DNA of 64,000 nt from Macrostomum lignano (Eukaryota): NCBI GenBank assembly GCA_002269645.1, contig NIVC01000292.1:682001-746000 (forward strand). The letters run 5' to 3'. The notes below the pieces were generated by a model. That model did not search any database. It saw nothing but the letters and a program-made list of their open reading frames with translations, and had not been told where the DNA came from. The position numbers and the translations under genes are program-made. This document shows positions 20,557 to 31,710 of the stretch, piece after piece (the stretch's first letter is position 1; the number at the start of each line of letters is the position of its first letter).

Positions 20557-21855
20557 GGTGCGCGACACGGGAAGGTGAGCGACACGGGAAGGTGAGCGAC
20601 ACGGGAAGGTGAGCGACACGGGAAGGTGAGCGACACGGGAAGGTGAGCGACACGGGAAGGTGAGCGACACGGGAAGGTGAGCGACACGGGAAGGTGAGCG
20701 ACACGGGAAGGTGAGCGACACGGGAAGGTGAGCGACACGGGAAGGTGAGCGACACGGGAAGGTGAGCGACACGGGAAGGTGAGCGACACGGGAAGGTGAG
20801 CGACACGGGAAGGTGAGCGACACGGGAAGGTGAGCGACACGGGAAGGTGAGCGACACGGGAAGGTGAGCGACACGGGAAGGTGAGCGACACGGGAAGGTG
20901 AGCGACACGGGAAGGTGAGCGACACGGGAAGGTGAGCGACACGGGAAGGTGAGCGACACGGGAAGGTGAGCGACACGGGAAGGTGAGCGACACGGGAAGG
21001 TGAGCGACACGGGAAGGTGAGCGACACGGGAAGGTGAGCGACACGGGAAGGTGAGCGACACGGGAAGGTGAGCGACACGGGAAGGTGAGCGACACGGGAA
21101 GGTGAGCGACACGGGAAGGTGAGCGACACGGGAAGGTGAGCGACACGGGAAGGTGAGCGACACGGGAAGGTGAGCGACACGGGAAGGTGAGCGACACGGG
21201 AAGGTGAGCGACACGGGAAGGTGAGCGACACGGGAAGGTGAGCGACACGGGAAGGTGAGCGACACGGGAAGGTGAGCGACACGGGAAGGTGAGCGACACG
21301 GGAAGGTGAGCGACACGGGAAGGTGAGCGACACGGGAAGGTGAGCGACACGGGAAGGTGAGCGACACGGGAAGGTGAGCGACACGGGAAGGTGAGCGACA
21401 CGGGAAGGTGAGCGACACGGGAAGGTGAGCGACACGGGAAGGTGAGCGACACGGGAAGGTGAGCGACACGGGAAGGTGAGCGACACGGGAAGGTGAGCGA
21501 CACGGGAAGGTGAGCGACACGGGAAGGTGAGCGACACGGGAAGGTGAGCGACACGGGAAGGTGAGCGACACGGGAAGGTGAGCGACACGGGAAGGTGAGC
21601 GACACGGGAAGGTGAGCGACACGGGAAGGTGAGCGACACGGGAAGGTGAGCGACACGGGAAGGTGAGCGACACGGGAAGGTGAGCGACACGGGAAGGTGA
21701 GCGACACGGGAAGGTGAGCGACACGGGAAGGTGAGCGACACGGGAAGGTGAGCGACACGGGAAGGTGAGCGACACGGGAAGGTGAGCGACACGGGAAGGT
21801 GAGCGACACGGGAAGGTGAGCGACACGGGAAGGTGAGCGACACGGGAAGGTGAGC
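20557..21855. repeat. Essentially perfect 17-bp minisatellite (ggtgagcgacacgggaa), about 76 copies
   Basis: 1.3 kb of identical units; 17-aa periodicity in the spurious ORFs. Confidence 0.97.
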
Positions 21856-22370
21856 CCTGCACAAAGGGAAGGGCGAAACTAAAATTTGGGGTACAGGAGA
21901 ATGGGGACAAATTGAAGAACAAAATGAGCACAAGATATATATCCAGCGCTCCGAATACTGACTCGAACTCAATCCAGCACCTGAATTCTCGAATGTGCAG
22001 ATCACATGCAGCAGCTGCTCAGCATCAGTGAGCACTGTTGCACAGGAATTCATGACAGCCGATCAGAGGCCCCTGACGTCACCATGAGCGCCGTCATTGG
22101 AGAGCAGCATCAGTGAGCAGGTGAGCACAGCGCAACTCACAGAGGAATATTTTACAATTGATTGCAGCTCATAAATCAGACAAGCTGAAGTCGACACTCA
22201 GAGCGCAGCCTTCTCAGCAACTGCTTGAGCACCTTTGTTTTGCATCAGCCAGCAGGTGGACAGCGGCTTGGAGTGGAGCCACCGACTTTGAGCACTCTGC
22301 TTGCTGAGTAATGTACATTAATGTACTGATGTGCTTAGTGCTGTACTTTTGCAATAAACCGTTATGTTTT

Positions 22371-22788
22371 AGAGTGCTCCATCACCGGTACAGAGTGCTC
22401 CATCACCGGTACAGAGTGCTCCATCACCGGTACAGAGTGCTCCATCACCGGTACAGAGTGCTCCATCACCGGTACAGAGTGCTCCATCACCGGTACAGAG
22501 TGCTCCATCACCGGTACAGAGTGCTCAATCACCGGTACAGAGTGCTCCATCACCGGTACAGAGTGCTCCATCACCGGTACAGAGTGCTCCATCACCGGTA
22601 CAGAGTGCTCCATCACCGGTACAGAGTGCTCCATCACCGGTACAGAGTGCTCCATCACCGGTACAGAGTGCTCCATCACCGGTACATAATGCTCCATCAC
22701 CGGTGCATAATGCTCCATCACCGGTACAGAGTGCTCCATCACCGGTACAGAGTGCTCCATCACCGGTACAGAGTGCTCCATCACCGGT
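22371..22788. repeat. 21-bp minisatellite (agagtgctccatcaccggtac), about 20 copies
   Basis: Tandem units, few variants. Confidence 0.95.
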
Positions 22789-23236
22789 GCTCAATAATTA
22801 ACAAAACACGCAAATCTGTGACTTCAGTTTCTGCAGAAGCAGCAACGCTGCTCTCCAGACTCTGTCGAGTCCTGCAAATTTCTCCAAAGTGCAGAATCCT
22901 CAGAGCCTCATCAAATATATTTAGTCATCAGGCAGGGCGGCAGGGAGGCGTCAAGCGCTCAGGAAGCTGGCAATTCTGGCACCAGACTCTGCTCAGAGCT
23001 GCTCACAAATCTGCACTCAGCGGGCTGGCTGAGGCCTCGCAGCTCTGATAGGATTTGAGAAGCTGCTGGAGTTGAGCACTGCGGGACCTGAGCGACTGGA
23101 GCAGGGAGGGACTTAAGCAGATGAGGCTGTGCGAGCGACTCTAAATGCAATGCTCTGGGAGACTGGGGAGAGGGAGAGGGGAAAGGATGGAGAAGGGACG
23201 AGAGGAAGTCAGACTCATGAGATGAAGCAAGTTCCG

Positions 23237-23555
23237 GGGAGATGCAGTGTGCGGGCACAGCACGGGTGCAGCAGTGGGGAGATGCAGTGTGCGGGCACAG
23301 CACGGGTGCAGCAGTGGGGAGATGCAGTGTGCGGGCACAGCACGGGTGCAGCAGTGGGAGATGCAGTGTGCGGGCACAGCACGGGTGCAGCAGTGGGGAG
23401 ATGCAGTGTGCGGGCACAGCACGGGTGCAGCAGTGGGAGATGCAGTGTGCGGGCACAGCACGGGTGCAGCAGTGGGAGATGCAGTGTGCGGGCACAGCAC
23501 GGGTGCAGCAGTGGGAGATGCAGTGTGCGGGCACAGCACGGGTGCAGCAGTGGGA
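23237..23555. repeat. 40/41-bp minisatellite, about 8 copies
   Basis: Unit gggagatgcagtgtgcgggcacagcacgggtgcagcagtg(g). Confidence 0.93.
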
Positions 23556-24234
23556 GGCGGCGGGTTCGCATCTGACAGACTCAATAAAAATTCAATTAAC
23601 GCACAATGAGCAGCGAATGTACATCAGTGTAAATTACAGATCAGTCTGGGAAAGGATTGCTAGCCCAGCTCCCTACTCTATTGGGATGAATCCTCAGCTT
23701 TAATCCCAAAGCATCCCAAAGCTCAGGGTCAGACTAGCAATCCACTCCCCGACTCCGCTGGGCCCAGCAGCTCACAGCGGGTGCACACAGCAAGTTCAGC
23801 TTGCGGATTCGGCAGGGACAACAAAGAGTCACAACAAAGAGCTGATGGGGACAAGCGGCAGGTGCAGGGGATCACAGACAGCGGTGCACAGGCGGTGCCA
23901 AGCAGTGCATTCTGAAGTGCAGGAGGACTTCAGCGAATTGCCAGTTGCAGAAATTTGCACACAGAAATATTTTTTGCAGTGCGAACTGAGCGAATTCGGC
24001 AAAGCTGGGAAGAGGGCGCAGCAGCCGCGGCTCTGCGGCATCTCCGTGTGAGCCGCCCCGGATCTGCCGCTCCTTGGCTAGACTAGCAATCCACTCTGTT
24101 AGTGGAATCCAGCAAACCAGGCCCGTGAGCGCCAAGGTCAAGTCAGTAAAAGTACATCCTGTCACATCCAGGGCATTGCTGATTGATAGTTCAGTCCAGC
24201 TGCATGGGGCCGGGGCTCGAGCCCCGCACCTCCC

Positions 24235-24459
24235 CTAGGAGGCCAGCGGCAGCTGCAGCAGGCTGCCGTCCCGTGGCGAGAAGCCGGCGTTGTGGCGCTG
24301 CAGGAACAGGTGCACCTCCCGGAACCGCGGCCTGCAGGCTTCGTCCCGCTGCCAGCACTCGCTCATCAGGTCGAAGAGCTCGCGGGGGCACCGCGGGGGG
24401 CGGGGCAGCGCCTGAGCAGCGCCGTTGCAGAGCATGACGTGCTGGCAGTTGGCGACCAC
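24235..24459 (-). CDS. DDR: DDR exon 8 (kinase C-terminus, stop TAG)
   Basis: Acceptor actgccag|GTG; LPRPPRCPRELFDLMSECWQRDEACRPRFREVHLFL. Confidence 0.9.
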   Translation of the reverse strand: MVANCQHVMLCNGAAQALPRPPRCPRELFDLMSECWQRDEACRPRFREVHLFLQRHNAGFSPRDGSLLQLPLAS

Positions 24460-24502
24460 CTGGCAGTGATGGGGAGCGGGAGGCTGCGTCAGGACACAGG
24501 TT

Positions 24503-24762
24503 CAGAGTGGATTGCTAATCTAGCCTACACAAATGGATTGCTAATCTTGCCTACACAAATGGATTGCTAATCTAGCCTACACAAATGGATTGCTAATCTA
24601 GCCTACACCAGCTGCACAAATGGATTGCTAATCTAGCCTACACAGCTGCACAAATGGATTGCTAATCTAGCCTACACAGCTGCACAATTGGATTGCTAAT
24701 CTAACCTGCACAAATGGATTGCTAATCTAGCCTACACAGCTGCACAATTGGATTGCTAGTCT
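24503..24762. repeat. Imperfect 26-35-bp repeat (ggattgctaatctagcctacac..) filling DDR intron 7
   Basis: About 9 variants within a 411-nt intron. Confidence 0.85.
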
Positions 24763-24870
24763 CGCAGATCTCGCAGGCAATCCAATGCTACTCAGTTATG
24801 CTACTCTACTGCCTACTTCCAGTAGTGCAAGTACAGCCAGTCAGACAAACACCGAGCAGCAGCCGCTCAC

Positions 24871-25688
24871 CTGCTGGTCGGTGAGGTGAGCAAACGGCTG
24901 CTCCCTGCAGAAGGTGAGCATCTCCCAGAGCGTCACGGCGAAGCTCCAGACGTCGCTGCGGCAGGAGAAGCGGCCGTGCAGGACGGCCTCCCAGGCCATC
25001 CAGCGGATCGGCAGCGAGGCGCCGCGACCTCCGTCCAGCCTGCAGTAGTCAGCAGAGTAGAGAGGCTGAGACATGCCAAAGTCGCAGATCTTCACCTGGT
25101 AGTCTTCACCCAGCAGGCAGTTGCGGCAGGCCAGGTCTCGGTGCACCAGCTGCAGGGACTCCAGGTACTTCATGCCGCTGGCAATCTGAGCTGCCAGGTA
25201 GATGAGGCAGCCGTGAGACAGCGGTGGCTCAGGTGATGCTGCTGCAGCGGCTGCCCTGGAGCGCAGGAACTGGTGCAGGTCCCCATGCTGCATGAACTCC
25301 ACCAGGATGCACTGCTGCGCCGCTGCGTCCTTGGTTGCCACGCCCAGCACCCTGACGATGTTCGGGTCCTGCAGGCGCGCCAACAGCCGCATCTCGCGCC
25401 GGAAGTCGCGGCGCGCCTGCGGCCCCGCGCCAGGCCGGAGAGTCTTGGCCGCCACCAGCAGCAGCCGGCCGCCAGGAGCGGCCCACTCGGCCAGGCGGAC
25501 CTCGCCGAACTGGCCGGCACCAAGGCGCTCTTTCAGCGCCACGGAGCCCGGCGCCACCTCGAGAGCGGCGACCGCGTCGGAGTCGGCGCCGCCGTCCAGA
25601 TCGTCAGGGACTCCAGCGACACTGCCGCAGTCCATGGCGGAGGCGAGGTCCGCGTCCGGACAGGCGTAGACTGTGTTGCCCGAGCAGC
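24871..25688 (-). CDS. DDR: DDR exon 7 (tyrosine kinase domain)
   Basis: Phase-1 acceptor gives IQ-G-CSGNTVYA (a DDR juxtamembrane signature). Motifs LGAGQFGEV, HRDLACRNCLL, DFGMS, LPIRWMAWE, SDVWSFAVTLWE; donor CAG|GTGAGC. Confidence 0.93.
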
Positions 25689-26394
25689 CTGCGGATTAGG
25701 GGAGTAGGGGAGTGGTGGATTTAGAGGGGATTATTGGAATTTGGAAGGCCAGCTGCGGCTCATGATGGGGGATGGCGCTCGCTCAGATTCCGGGAAACTC
25801 GGACACCAGCAGCTCAGCAATCAGGTGCTCCATCAGCTCAGGACTCGGAGCCTGCCTTCGCTGCTGCCGCTCGCACACGCCTCAGGAGTTCAGCGCAGAC
25901 TGACAGCTCGAAGAGGCTGAGCTGGCTGCATCATCTCAAGCTGGTGCCGGTGAGCAAAGGCATCGAGAGGCTGGCCAAGTGGCCTCATCAGCGGCTGCCC
26001 CATCAGTGACGGACCGGCCTGCGGTTACGCAATGCGCTCTGCTCCCCAGCAGAATTCCCTCCTCTCTGCTGTCTGCCTCACCGGCAGGAAGTGGCTGAGC
26101 TGCCTCATCTCTCTCCCAGCCTCTCAGCTGCTCAGTTGATCACTTTCCACCTGATGCGGCTGAGAGGCTGGGACAAAGAGCTGCTCGCGTGGCTGATAAG
26201 TGTTTGATGCTGGGGGCTTCATCAGTGGGGATCTGAGCAGGAATGCGGATTGAGGAGACTCAGGTGTCACCTGATGGCACTGGTAGAGCTCAGTGGGAAA
26301 TATGAGATGTTGAGGCATTTCGGTAATCCCCAAATCCTCATCACAGGTGAGTCAGGCCACCTGTTGATGTGCATGCCGTGAGGCTATGAACATG

Positions 26395-26510
26395 CTGACC
26401 CACTGACCCACTGACCTGCTGACCCACTGACCCACTCACCCCAAAGACTCACTGACTCGCTGACCCGCTGACCCACTATTACACTCTCGCTGACCCACCG
26501 ACCCAGCTCC
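26395..26510. repeat. About 10-bp repeat (ctgacccact) next to the DDR exon 6 donor
   Basis: Degenerate tandem units. Confidence 0.7.
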
Positions 26511-26544
26511 ATCCCGATGAGGGCCCGGGTTCGAATCCGCCCAC

Positions 26545-27439
26545 CTTGAATGCTGAGGTCGGACGGGAACCGCGGCACCGGCGGAGGCGGCGAGTTCGAG
26601 GCGAACGGCGCAGCGGCCGCAGGCCTCGGCAGGCCGGGCAGGGCGGGCCGCGACTGCCTGCCGAGCTGCTGGAGGCCTCCGGCATCGACAGTGGCGGCGG
26701 TGGCGGAGTTGGCGACCTGCCTGAGCGGCTGCTGATGCGGCTGCCCGGTGCCGGTCATGACGAGGCGGGGCCGCGCGTACGTGCCGAGCCCGCTGGCGTA
26801 CAGGCCGCTGGCGCCGCTGAGGCCCGGGAAGGCCGGCGGCTGCTGCGGGCCGTACAGCGTGGCGCTGGCGTACTCGCGAGCGGCGCCAGAGACGGCGGCG
26901 GCGGCGGGGCGAACTGCGCAAAAGAGGCGGGCGCGTAGGTGTAGCAGCAGTCCGGCGCGCTCAGGTCGGTGCGCTGCTGCTCCTCGTCCTCCGAGTTGGG
27001 CAGGCTGGTGTAGATGCTGCCGTTGGCTGCCTTGCCGTTGATCAGCATGGCTGGCCGGCCGCTGCTGAAGTCCAGGTGGATGCTCTCCGCGTTCTTGGCC
27101 TGCTGGTGCACCGCCGACTGGCGCCGGCCCGCCGCGTGTCCGCCGCTTCGCTGCTTCTTGCGAAGGAGGCGCCGCCGCAGGCAGAGGAAGGCGATGCGAG
27201 CATCAGCAGGACGGCGCCCAGCAGGATGGAGACGATGATGGCCACGTAGGTGGTGGTCTCGCTCTCCCTGCCTGCGCTGCCTCCGCCCTGCTCGATGCGC
27301 TCGTTGTGCGAGGAGCCTCCGCGACCTGCGCTCGGCGGCTGCGGCGGCTTCGGCCTGCCGGAGTTCGGCGGCTGCGGCCGCTGTGGCGGCGACGGCGGCT
27401 GCGGCGGCACTTCCGTGGGAGGCGGGTTGGCGACCAGCT
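26545..27439 (-). CDS. DDR: DDR exon 6 (Pro-rich stalk, transmembrane helix, long Tyr-containing juxtamembrane region), with two apparent 1-nt deletions
   Basis: Acceptor cccctcag|AG, TM YVAIIVSILLGAVLLML(A)IAFLCL + RRRLLRKK, donor ATTCAAG|GTGGGC. The exon is 895 nt but the flanking phases require 897; frame changes occur at about 27196 and about 26880-26940. Confidence 0.82.
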
Positions 27440-27444
27440 CTGAG

Positions 27445-27660
27445 GGGCGGATGAAGACAGCAGCAGGTGAGGCGGATGGAGACAGCAGCAGGTGAGGCGG
27501 ATGAAGACAGCAGCAGGTGAGGCGGATGAAGACAGCAGCAGGTGAGGCGGATGGAGACAGCAGCAGGTGAGGCGGATGGAGGCAGCAGCAGGTGAGGCGG
27601 ATGGAGACAGCAGCAGGTGAGGCGGATGGAGACAGCAGCAGGTGAGGCGGATGAGGAGCG
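27445..27660. repeat. 25-bp minisatellite (gcagcaggtgaggcggatggagaca) abutting the exon 6 acceptor
   Basis: About 9 copies ending a few nt from the AG. Confidence 0.9.
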
Positions 27661-28194
27661 GATAAGGGCGGATGGAGAGTGGATGAGGGGCGGATGAAAG
27701 GCGAATTAAAGACAGATAAACATGGGTGAGGGGCGGATAGAAGGCAGGTGCTGAAGCCCTTCTTTCCGATTCCCAGACGTCTAAACTCCTCAGTTAAGCA
27801 CAAAATTCTCAGCTCCGCCAGATCCCAAAACCGCTGCGGATGCCCCAGCCCGAGTCTGCCGACCCAGCGAAGAGCCGCAGAGGGAAATCAGGTCAAGCGA
27901 GAGGGCAGGTGCACCAAAATTTCATGAAGAACAATTTTCCCCAGAATCTTCAGGCCCGCTTGCAAAGCAAAGACTTTCTGCTCGGGATATTGTGGGATAT
28001 CTGGCCAAAGATCACGATCAGCTGGGACCCGCAATTCCAAGATGAAGGGGAGGCTGGGAGCGGATGCAGCTTATAATAACCTGGACGCTGTCCGCGGGAG
28101 TCACTTCAGACACGCCAGGAATTTCAATTGCAGTTTGCGCAGAATCCCTCCGTGATCTGGGGTGTTTTCCCAAGTGGGAGACTCCGGCTGGGTG

Positions 28195-28622
28195 AGGATT
28201 TCTGGGAAATTGTTCCCGATTTCAGTGAGGGGTTTCTGGGAAATTGTTCCCGATTTCAGTGAGGATTTCTGGGAAACTGTTCCCGATTTCAGTGAGGATT
28301 TCTGGGAAACTGTTCCCGATTTCAGTGAGGATTTCTGGGAAATTGTTCCCGATTTCAGTGAGGATTTCTGGGAAATTGTTCTTGATTTCAGTGAGGATTT
28401 CTGGGAAATTGTTCCCGATTTCAGTGAGGATTTCTGGGAAATTGTTCCCGATTTCAGTGAGGATTTCTGGGAAATTGTTCCCGATTTCAGTGAGGATTTC
28501 TGGGAAATTGTTCTCGATTTCAGTGAGGATTTCTGGGAAACTGTTCCCGATTTCAGTGAGGATTTCTGGGAAATTGTTCCCGGTTTCAGTGAGGATTTCT
28601 GGGAAATTGTTCTCGATTTCAG
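28195..28622. repeat. 33-bp minisatellite, about 13 copies
   Basis: Unit gaggatttctgggaaattgttcccgatttcagt. Confidence 0.95.
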
Positions 28623-28756
28623 TTCGGACAAAAGTGGAAATTCGCTGAACAAAAGTTTCTCAACACCGGATTTTCGGTCCGAGGGTCCGAGAGCTGAGAA
28701 GCAGAGAGCAGCTCAGCGAGTGACTCATTGCTGCTTCGCATAATCTGTGTCGGTTA

Positions 28757-28790
<34 letters not shown>

Positions 28791-31344
28791 TGCAGGAAGT
28801 CGCTGAAGTCGGGCTGCTTCCTGTGGGCCGGCGGCTCTCCGCCCTCACCGCGTTTGAAAGTCCGAAAATCAGAGCTTGGGGGCTGCGGCAGAATTGAAGC
28901 GGTGGCTTCAGGTGTCACAGGTGTCTGGGCAATGCTGTGTGACGTGCTGAATACAGAGGCAGAGAGGTGACGAGCAGAATGGCTGAGAAATCACAAAACC
29001 GCAGTCGCCAATCCCTCGCATTGAGCTGCCATCTCATGCAAAACCAGCCGTCCCGCCCGTCCCAAGCAGCCGCAAAGAAGGCAAAAGCCAAGCCATGCGG
29101 ACCCCTCAATTCCAGTCCGGAGCAGCCGCAGCTGCAGAGTGATGAAGTTGGAGTCTCCATTGATTCCCCCCAGCCGGTTTTCTCGGCCACAAAAGCAGAA
29201 GCCGCTTGCTGCTTTTTTGTGCGCCAGAAACAAATGAGAACAGAAAGTGGGGAACTCAGCAGCCGGAATCACGGAGGCTGGGGCGGCCGCTTGTTTTTAG
29301 GGACCGTGAGTAAGCTGATGAAGGCAGCGTGCAGCCCCCCTGAGCTTGTTAGCAGCTGTGTGAGATGAGACACTGCGGACCGCACCCGAGAGCCGCTCTG
29401 CCAAGGCTGGTCCGGGGCCTCTCGCGGCTTCAGTCTCGGGTTAAATGAGCGAAATCAATGCCGCTCACTGCAAACACAGACTCAGTGCCTGGCAAATTGC
29501 TTTCTCTGTCTGTCCGTCTGTCTCTTTGATGATGAAGACCCGCCCGTAGCCACCTGCGTCAGTCTCTCATGGACTCGGCTCCAGTTTCACAGGCGCTCTC
29601 TGTGTGCTGCCAGATTGGCCGGCGAGAGAGGGGGGCGCGGGAGCTGCCAACTGCGCAAACAGGCAGGCAGGCGCGGGTCGGCTGGGTTTGCCTGCCTGAT
29701 TTGCAGCTTTGCAGACAAATTGGAGCTGCAGGGGGGCTGGGCGGGGGGGGGGTCAGCGCTCGTGCGATTCACGCGGAGGTCAGCGCGCGATGACACCTCC
29801 GAGGAGGTCACAGAGAGCGGGGGTCAGACCGAGCCGTGATTGCAGCCTGTCTCTGGCTGGGAAATGGACCCTGGCTCTGTCTGGGCCGCTCTGCAACAGG
29901 GATGCCGAACTGCTCCCAGCATCCCTTCCCCATCAGTCTCTCTCCAGTTCGCACAAGGCGCTGGCCACGGGTGAGAAGGAGGCTGAGTCGTTTCAAAATT
30001 GTCGCCCAGCCTCCCCTCCCCAGCATCAGAAGAGGAAATTTCTGGCCGCGCGGGCCCCAAGGAGTCTGCATGATTGATGAAGCGCGCACGGGCCGGACAG
30101 AACGAGCCGCGGCAGCAAAGCTCCTGGGAGTCGGCCGGGAAATGGCCAAGTCCGGCGAAACCCACCGCTGCCGCCCGTCATCACCGACGCTCAGCATCCA
30201 GGCTCTCCGATGAGGATATGCGGAATAAATTTATAAATAATAACTGCCGTCTGCCAGCAACTCCTGAGGCCGGCGGAAATTCCGCTGAGCTGCACCGACT
30301 TCAAGGATTTGGGGACGGCACGAAAGCCGCTTGGCGATGCGAGGCTGATGACGCAATTCTCTCAGCTGGGGTGCCGGACAGCCCGGATGCTGCGAGTGCT
30401 CAAGACTGAACTCCCTGATTGCTCACTTCTCTCTCTTCTCTGTCCCTTCAATATTTTCTCCATTATTCTTTCTTTCAATTTCTCCATGATCTCTACTTTC
30501 CCTTTTCCTTTTCCCTCCTATCACTCCTCCGCCCGATCTCCCTCTACAACTCCCTATTTCTCACTACTCGCCTCCATGACGGCATTCCCAGTCCAGCAGC
30601 CCCGCTGCCGCTCTCCCAGGTGCCACAGCGGCGGCAGCGGGCGCAAAAGTACCATAGCAAGCTTTGATATCGCCGCCAGCGCTGAGAGCCGCAACAGACA
30701 GAGAAGGAAAGCAGGGAAACACAGATAGACAGACAGAAATGGGAGACGATGGCGGAACGGGCTGGCCAGACAAAGAGCCTCAGTGGGAGCTGCCTGTCAG
30801 TCCTGAGCAGTCTGCAGCTAATAGCACCGAGGAGCTGAGGTGGGCGCTGAGTCCCTCACCAAGCCTGTTAGCACAGCTTGCAGCCCGAGTCAGCGGTTGA
30901 GACAAATACCTCAGCAGGGCAAACTCAACATTGAGTCCTCCGAGAATCTTAGCTGGCTTTGCAGGAGAAAAGCAATGCTTAAGTTTGAAAGACTTGAAGC
31001 AAGAGGGGACTGGCAGGAGAAAGTCACTCTGCAGGCATGACGTTTCTGGCCAGGCAAATTTTCTTTTAGAATTCTGCAACGCTCTGCAAACAAGTCGAAT
31101 TTGTGTTTGTTTGCCGGGCCCGGGCACCAGCGGCTTTGGCCAATCTGTGCTGGGCTGCCGGGGTTTGCCGAGCCTCAATTTAGAGCACGTGCGGCCTGCG
31201 GGGTGCCGGCCGGCGGCCTCCCGTTTCCATGGTGAGCGGCAGGCGGGGGCAGTCAGACTCTGGGCACGTACGGCACAAATAGGCTCGGATTCAGATAGAA
31301 AGTGGATTGCTGCGGCACGATAGATACAATAGATAGATACTCGT

Positions 31345-31368
31345 AGATAGGCAGACAGACAGACCGGC

Positions 31369-31405
<37 letters not shown>

Positions 31406-31476
31406 GGCAGACAGACAGACAGACAGACAGACAGACCGGCAGACAGACAGACAGACCGGCAGACTGACAGGCAGGC

Positions 31477-31516
<40 letters not shown>

Positions 31517-31710
31517 CGGCAGACAGACAGACAGACCGGCAGACAGACAGACAGACCGGCAGACAGACAGGCAGGCAGACAGACAGACAGACCGGCAGAC
31601 AGACAGGCAGGCAGACAGACAGACAGACCGGCAGACAGACAGGCAGGCAGACAGGCAGACAGAGAGACAGACAGACAGGCAGGCAGGCAGACAGACAGAC
31701 AGACAGACAC
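31345..31710. repeat. (GACA/GGCA)n compound microsatellite
   Basis: Direct inspection. Confidence 0.95.

Noticed and set aside
20173-22053. Very long ORFs (425-626 aa) in three frames
   Set aside because: Products of a stop-free 17-bp tandem repeat. The same applies to ORFs over the arrays at 12502-13079, 15303-15837, 16283-16994, 22311-23703, 28101-28743, 34616-35691, 36207-37863, 41827-42742, 48262-48706, 49293-50333 and 60194-61234.
26520-26544. B-box-like GGTTCGAATCC (similar weak hits near 32255 and 60100)
   Set aside because: Isolated boxes without a foldable tRNA body; at most decayed SINE fragments.
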